A DNA stretch of 59,360 nt, filler included, from Sluysia triapertura (Eukaryota), in assembly GCA_046118255.1 (NCBI GenBank). It is 5 parts of 5 records of this genome, joined end to end, with 100 filler letters (N's around TTAATTAATTAA, not from the genome) between each part and the next. Parts side by side here need not be neighbours in the genome. Positions count along the whole stretch, not along the records: positions 48,010 to 59,360 come from JBJNIA010185646.1; 4 more parts are not named here. One strand, given 5' to 3'. The stretch's first letter is position 1, and every line of letters begins with the position of its first letter. A model generated the notes under the pieces. That model was not told the DNA's origin. It saw only the letters and a program-made list of their open reading frames with translations, and did no database searches. A program made the translations under genes and the position numbers. This document shows positions 51,383 through 59,360 of this stretch, one piece after another.

Positions 51383-54300
51383 AAAGGAAGGAAAGAAAAT
51401 ATGATAGAAATTTAGGAAAAATTGAGATTGTTTTTATAGAAATTTTTTATTATCTTATTATATCAGCATTAAATTTTAAATTTTAAATTTCCTCAGTATA
51501 TAAAAATTTAACTTTACATTATAGAAAATTAATTAACATAACTAATTTTTGTGTTATCTAAGTCGATATGCCTCGCAACATCTCAGTATCAATAATACTG
51601 ACGAATTTCAATATTATACTTTAGTTCATTATTTTTTAACATGCAGACACTTTTCATAAAATTTTTAGTGAAATTAATTAATGAATGTACTTTTATATTT
51701 TGAAGAGTAAAACTTTCTCTTTTGGTATCTTTCTTTCTTTCTAATAAAAACATTTTACAAATATATCCCATTTACAGTTTATCATGATATTTTGTTTTAT
51801 TCTTTCAATAATGCTTGTTTTTTCTTATTTTACAAATTATAGCACTCATAGGTGCTCCACTAATTCTTTATATTATGTACTTAGTTTCGAGTTTACAGAA
51901 ACATGAACATGAACACTATAAATATTAAAATAATTTAGAAAAACGTTTCAAGAGTAAGATTTTGTATTGCCAATTATTTTATATTATTATTCATAGATCT
52001 ATTGAAACAAACTATGAAGTTATTCACTTCTGCGCGATACATAAACAAACTTCTGCGTACGAGGTAACTTGTAGTTGACAGTTAACGTATTAAATGAATT
52101 GTGAAATAATTTTGAAAAATTTATACATTTATTCAACACAAAATTAAATCTGCAATACATAATGTTTTGGTATTGCTTCATAATAATGCATCATCGTAAA
52201 ATGTGAATAATGAAACTTTAGTTACATTGAATGACACTTTTATTGGTATTTGCAGCTATTAATATTTGAGACGGATTAGAGAATACAAATAAAATCAGAT
52301 AAACAAAATTCAAAATGATATATTAAAACAATGTAAATTTTGAAAACTTAAAAAATATGATCTATCTACTCCAGTTTCGGTTTCAAGTTTGATAATATAT
52401 AGATTGATAATACTACTTACAAAATATTCAAATATATAAGATTATAATCAAATTTGAAGCTTATTTGAAGTTATCTGTTAAAACGTTTACTACATACATT
52501 ATATTAAGCTAACATTTACAAAGTATTAGATTTAAATTGAATAAAAATAATTTTGTGCGATTGAAATAATGAATAATAATGAACTTATAATATAAATTTC
52601 GTTTTAATGAAACATTATTATCATATAATTACCGTCATCGATAAATAGTGATGTTTGAAAATTAACTTAATGATTAAATTATACAAATACCGATAATGAT
52701 AATCAATTATTTGCTATAACTCTTAATTTTGGTTTTAAGTTTATATTGTAAATGTTAGACTAGATTAAATTGAATGCCTGTGATTCGGATCTTCTTGCTT
52801 TGTAGTTCGATTCTCTGATCACTGAACTATAAGTTTTGTCGCGATTTATTTTCATTATAGTTAATTATCATTTTTATTAGTTTGGCAATTTAAGCTTATT
52901 TAATATTTCAAGGGGTCTGTTCAATTTCATTTATGTTTGACTCCAAACATCATTTAATCAATTAATTTAACTTCAGAAGAATTATTATTCGACATTTTAG
53001 TACTTAAAGCGTTATATTTCTTTTCTTAATTTCTATTTTAATAAATTTTTTCGTTCTTGTAATACTACCTTATCTTTCGCAATCTTATGGCTTCACGTGT
53101 TCTAATTTAAGTTTGTCTAATTCCTTTTCTTTTTCTTTTGTTTACTTTTGACTTCAGAATATTTTACAGTGTTTATATTAAAGTAAATAAAATATTATTT
53201 TACAATCATTAAATTTTTATTCTGCAACCTCATTTTTTAATGTTTTACACTTAATTCTCAAAAAATAAAAATTAAAGTATGATTTTGGTAATATTTTAAT
53301 GATTCCAGACTATATATTATTGTTGGAATTGCCGAACTGTTGAATACACAAGAAGATACTGAATTGGACAAATGTATAAATACTTGATATAAAATAATAA
53401 ACAAAACACAATAAGACATTATTGGAAGAAGGATGATGAAGATGAAAACAACGGGAAATATTTTGGTAATATTTTGGACATTAAAGAATACCTTAAAGTT
53501 TTAAAAGACCTTTACAGAAATTTGAAATCCCGAAGAAACTTAAAAATATCACAGACCTTTTTGGAAACTTTTAAGATCTTAAGATTTTTTTAAGAATCTT
53601 AGTAGTATTGAATACAATTTTTCAATCATTTTAAATAAGTAAAATGTCATTGAACAATTTAAACATATAAGCAGTAGTAATGATGAAAAACAATTTTAAT
53701 AGAATGGCGAAGGTGAAAACATCTAAAACTTCCTAACTATTTGAACCCTGTAAAAATTTACAAGTAAACTAAAAAAATTCTAAAAATTAATTAATTAATT
53801 AAAATATTAATTAACTTAATTAAAGAAAAATATGTTTTATAAAATAACATTTGAACCATGCACGAATTCGTTTTAAATAGATAGTTCCATGGAATATGTG
53901 AGATTTTGTGAGTAAAATAAAACTTAATTTTATTTTTTATTTATGTGTTTATATTCATGAGTCCTCTATGACTCCGGGCTTACACACTAAAAGGCCGATG
54001 CATAGATGTCAACGTTTAAAGAAAATGCAAGTAGTGGGGGTTAAAGAATAATTGTAGATTGATTCTAATTTCGCTAAATATAGCGTTTTTACTTGATTTC
54101 AATAGTTTATATTTGATCTAAATGGACCTCAAAATTGAATTTAAATTAATTATTATAAGAAAATTTAAATTCTTTATTATGCACTTGATTTTATCAGATT
54201 TATGACAATGTAATTTAATTGCTCGTGTCGAAAGGTTTAAATTCTTTGAATATTATAGGAATATTGAATTTATTACTTGACTTCCTTTAGATACGTGAGG

Positions 54301-55947
54301 ATTAATAATTTTTAATCTATAGATAAGATTTTTATATTAATCTACTGTGATTTTAGTTCCTTTAACAGTACAAAAAATAGATTCGTTTAATATATACTAA
54401 GTGTCTACAAAGAACAAATTAAGTTACAAATAAATAAGAGTTAAATTTTTAATTAACAATATTATATTACTATACAATTAACTTCAAAAAATGTATATAC
54501 AAAGTAACTAATTTTAGTAAACTTTACAATGTAATAATTAATTCAATTAATGCTAATTAAGTACAATAAAATTTATTTCTTGCTAGGTAGGATTTATCTA
54601 GGCAAATAAAAATTGCTACATTTTAATTTGATTTTATAAAATATTTTAAAATTTCTCTATAACAAATTTTATAAACTTACGGAGTCTTGTTTATGTCAAT
54701 AATATATATCATGAGTTATTTCAATTAGTATAATCAGTCGAAAAATAATAAGTTGTAAAATTATGTTTTCAAAAATACTTTACAAAATGATAATTTTAAC
54801 TTGACTTTACAAATACTTAAAATAACGTATGATTATTATGAATTTATAATTATTTGTTTATTTATTTCAATATGAGGTCATTTGACCTTAAAGCATAATA
54901 ATAACTAATGATGATGATGATTAAATTGATTGTTGCTGATGATTAATACTTAGTACTTTATTATAAATGTTTCTAATAATATTTAATAATGTTTTGACTA
55001 AAATAATATGAATAATTGTTATAATAATTTAGTAATATTTTAATAATAAATTTAATAATTTAATAACTAATAATCAGTAATAATAATAACAATAAATAAA
55101 ATAATATAATGTTAATAAAATAATAATAATAATAATAAATAATTTCATGACAACTAAATTAAATTACACAATTATTACATTTAATTTATATACAAAATTA
55201 CATTTAATTACATCTAAATTAATCTAAATTGCACTTCATAAAGGAACAACCTTAATATTGGGAAAGTCAAATTTTAATTGAATATCAAACTAAACTTTAA
55301 ATTTTTCATATTTATTTAGAATGGTTGAATTTGATGAGAATAATTTAGAAATAAATTTGAAATATTCTTGAGACGGTTTTTTGAGAAGTAATTTAAATAA
55401 ATATACATCGAGTAGAGTAAATGAAAATAGTAATTGATCATTAGTCAAATTATTGTTCTTATTTAATGAAGTCTGACAAGTAGTACCATTTATTTGTCAG
55501 AGCTACCATTGTCGGTTAAATTCTCAAAGGATGTTCAAGTGATTTATCTAGTGAATGTTAAGGTTACAAAGCTCAAGGATGATTAAAAATGAAAATATAT
55601 GAAAGGAATAATTGAAAAACTTTTGAACAGAAAATCGATATTAACATTTTTAAAAAAATTCGCTGCTGATGATATTCTCTTAGGTTTCTATTCTTAAAAA
55701 CTTAACCCTAATGTAAAACATTTTTTCTATCTTACAAGACATAATTTATGCTATTCACTATGGCCTTGCAAGATTTCTCATTTAGTTACTCGGGTCTGTA
55801 TACTAACTAAAGCAACGCTAAGTCTTTAAGGTTAAATTTTAATAAGATTAAAAGCTTAAATATATATTTTAAAACTAAGCTTATCTTAGTTCTGAAAAAT
55901 ATAGTGAAATTTTAGTTTATTTAAATGAGAAAGCAGATGTTTCGGAG

Positions 55948-56023
55948 ATTATTTTTATTTTCCAAATATTTTCTCAATATTTTTATTTTCCAAATATTTT
56001 CTCAATATTTTTATTTTCCAAAA
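55948..56023. repeat. 28-bp tandem repeat (about 2.7 copies)
   Basis: ATTTTTATTTTCCAAATATTTTCTCAAT repeated. Confidence 0.85.
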
Positions 56024-58002
56024 CCATCAAATTAGAACTAAATAAATTCGAAAACTCGATATATTCTTTATCTTATTACAAAATTACAACTAAAATATTC
56101 TTTATAACAACGATGATACAAATTATCCTTTATAACAATAACAATACAAATAACCGTACAATTATTTTTTATAACAATACGAATTATTCTTCAATGACAA
56201 GTATCAACCAGGGTTGACACAACCTACTTAAATTTTCGTACCCGCATTAATTATAATTATAATTATAATTAATATAAAATAATGCACACCATTATTCTTC
56301 TAACTCTAAATACTTATTTTAATCAATTACTGAAGAATAAGCTTTGATATCACCGCTAACCACAGATAAATCAAGGCAACAAACCTAGAGCTAAAAAGTC
56401 GTTTTTAATTTTCTTAAATTTTGTCTCTATCACTACTTTCTGATTTTCTTGCAGAAGTGTAACTGCTTAAATAGCAGTTTTTATGACATTTAATAACATA
56501 AGAAATTGAACAAGACTGAAATTTCGCTGATTTAATGTCGACAGCAATTTCCGTCTATGTTCAACTTCATTATAATTCAAGTTATCTAAAGATAATGAGA
56601 TTTGTGGTAAACAATCCCCTTATCTTCTTAATATCATCTAATTAAAATTTAAAATCATTGTTACATTGCTTTTATAATAACAACATATTTGTCCACTTAA
56701 TTTAATAATAAAATTAATGAAATAATAAATTTATTTCTCACAGGATTATTTTGTATTAATACGTTGTACGTCAAGTTCAATAACACATTTGAATTGATCT
56801 CTCTATAAGCATCAATTTGATATATACTTTATTAATACTTAGACATCGGAACATATTTAACTTTCATTTTTAAATTATAAAAATTAATTAAAATAACTAA
56901 TCTCTACGTTATCTACATTGACGTGTTTCGCAATACTTCATCATTAAACTAATAACATTTAATTAGTATATTTTGTTAACAGTGTAATCGTGGTCACCAT
57001 AAATATCTGCTTTGTACATTTGTTATATTCAAATGACATGTATGTTTTTTAATTTTCATTTTGATGTATTGTATGAATTTGATCATTAATAAATTATGTT
57101 TGATGTATCAAAACTGCCTTTTAGTTCAGAAACGCGTGAACGAGTACATCTAGTTATTTATAATAAAATGAGTATGCATTGTATATTTTATTATTTAGAT
57201 TTGTGAGATTAATAATGAACCAACTAATAATGTATTTAAGACATAAAATCTTACCAATATCACAACATGTATTTAAATAAATAAATAAATAATTATTGAT
57301 ATTCTTATTAGGACGATATCATAATAAATAATATATATATTGGCCTACTTAAAACTAAAACAAGTGTCAATGTTAATAAATATTAAATATGACATGATAC
57401 CATATCTGAGTTTAAGTTCATTTTAATATAAGTTTAAAGATGTACAAAGTGCTAATTTAAATTAAGATAATTCTAATTGTGTTTGAAATACGGTAAGCCA
57501 AAAGAAAAAGCCTTTTTAATAATCAGCTGTTTATTTTAAATTTATTTAAATAAATAAATAATTTATTTTAAGTTATTCAGCTTTAAAAAATCATAAAGTT
57601 TGTGTATTTGTTCAAGTATAGTTTTGATATTAAGAACGATTATTCGAAAACTGTGTTATTTTTCAGTTTCTAAAATCAAAAACTCTTAAATTTTGGCAAA
57701 ATTAGTAAATTGAAACCTTTACTATTTGATAGCTAAATATTTTGTTTCTGCCACCGTTGGTTGGATAATTAATATCTCAGAGTTTTATAGATTAGTAATA
57801 TTATAGATTATTATTTGCTATGCTTAATTTTAAATAATGCTAAAAACCTGATGTAACTTTAATTTTTCCGAAAGTCACATTACTTTTTAATAATTACAAT
57901 CAACAATTTACAAGTTTCCTTTAACCTTTAGATCAACCACATCTAAACTATTAAATATTAAATTTACCTTAGAAAATTTTAAAATAGTTCACAAAACTAC
58001 AA

Positions 58003-58003
<1 letters not shown>

Positions 58004-58071
<68 letters not shown>
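58004..58071. repeat. (ATT)n microsatellite
   Basis: Direct. Confidence 0.95.
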
Positions 58072-58072
<1 letters not shown>

Positions 58073-58399
58073 TTTTATTTTATTTTACCCATAAATATAA
58101 TAATTATGCAAAACAATCAAATCCGAAATTATTCAATAAACAATAGTTTAGTTTCAAAATGCATTATTTGTATTAATTAGCTATTTTCGATTTAACTCCA
58201 TTTAGAAGTAGTCTATATATGTTACAAAAATTACTATAAATTTTTGAATGTAAAATTAAATTACTTTTCAAAAAAATGAGAAACGGTCATTACGATTATC
58301 AAGACTATCTTCTTCCAGTTAAATTAATATTTTAATAATAATACTAATAATAATAATGTATTAATTTATATTGCGCTCATATCTACTATAAGTACTCAA

Positions 58400-59287
58400 A
58401 AGCGCTTAAAGTAAATCATTCATAATATTTCCAAAACAGAAAGAAGCTTTGCCTTAAATATTTCATAATCTTCCAATAATTTGACATTATCTGGTAACTG
58501 GTTGTATTTTTTGAAACATAAACGGTATACAACCTATCACCTATACTGTGGATTCTGTATATAGATTATCATGCCTCAATAAAATATTCATCTTGCCTTC
58601 CAATATTCGTATTATTTCTAAAAGATATCCGGGACTTCCATAATGTAAACACTTGTAAATTACTGTCAGGATATTGAATTATATTCTTGCTTTTATTGGC
58701 AACCAATGTAATTTTTTTAGATAAGGTGTCATATGAGATCTTCAAACTTGGAGAATTAGTCTTGCTGCTGGATTAATTATTAATTGTAACTTTTTCACTT
58801 TTCTATATGAAATTGAGTACAACAAAGAATTGTTAAAATCTATGTTAATAGTTATCAATGAGTGAACAATTAGTTCATCTGTTCCTTTATTAATAAATTT
58901 TAGAATATGTGATATCTTATCTAATTGATATTTACACTTTTTGACAATACAATTAATATTTTCTTCCATTATCATTTTGAATCCATATAACAACCTATAT
59001 TTCGTACTTTTTGGTTTGCATCTAGTGTCTTGCCAACTACAATTACTTTGCTTCATTTATTTTGGTATTGTCGCCATTTTTATTACTGAAGATTATGAAT
59101 TCTGACTTTTCTTCATTGATTTTCAAATATTAATTTCCAAACCATTTAATCTATTCAGATACTAGTTCTTCTGTTCTTTGAATAGTATTGTCTATATTGT
59201 TCATTTCAAATTCAGTATATATTTGCATGTCATCATCATATATATGATATGTAAAACCAAATGATTCGATTACACTTGAAACATCAT

Positions 59288-59290
<3 letters not shown>
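58400..59290 (-). mobile_element. Decayed L2/CR1-group LINE reverse transcriptase (catalytic motif to C-terminus)
   Basis: YINDVSSVIESFGFTYHIYDDDMQIY (degenerate YADD), LIVHSLITINIDFNNSLL..KLQLIINPAARLI, SHMTPYLKKLHWLPIKARI. Confidence 0.88.

Positions 59291-59336
<46 letters not shown>
59290..59336. repeat. (TA)n microsatellite interrupting the RT remnant
   Basis: Direct. Confidence 0.95.
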
Positions 59337-59338
<2 letters not shown>

Positions 59339-59360
59339 AAAACCAAAAACTATATGCGAA

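Overview
AT-rich eukaryotic (metazoan-type) draft-genome window, not prokaryotic. It consists of five pieces of roughly 11-12 kb joined by 100-nt gaps that carry an artificial TTAATTAATTAA linker, so adjacency across those gaps is not reliable. Recognisable host genes: a spliced UPF2 (11 exons traced, both ends missing), single exons of a myosin VII-like motor, TMED2/p24 and a discoidin (F5/8C) protein, and a decayed monocarboxylate transporter. The rest is (ATT)n microsatellite and decayed mobile DNA (L2/CR1-group LINE, piggyBac, pogo/Tigger, possible ISL2EU, LTR pieces). The most unusual signals are three. (1) Three divergent, individually broken paralogues of an unrecognised CCCH-zinc-finger gene share an intron position; two of them face each other across an F-box pseudogene. 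(2) Two long intronless ORFs share an unrecognised 'YIIY.R.F...GSRNE' domain; one ends in a gypsy-like pol tail, PPT and LTR inside a UPF2 intron. (3) An intronless, viral-glycoprotein-like membrane polyprotein is fused in frame to a LINE RT fragment. Very short introns and the composition would fit a reduced animal such as an orthonectid, but that is only an inference.
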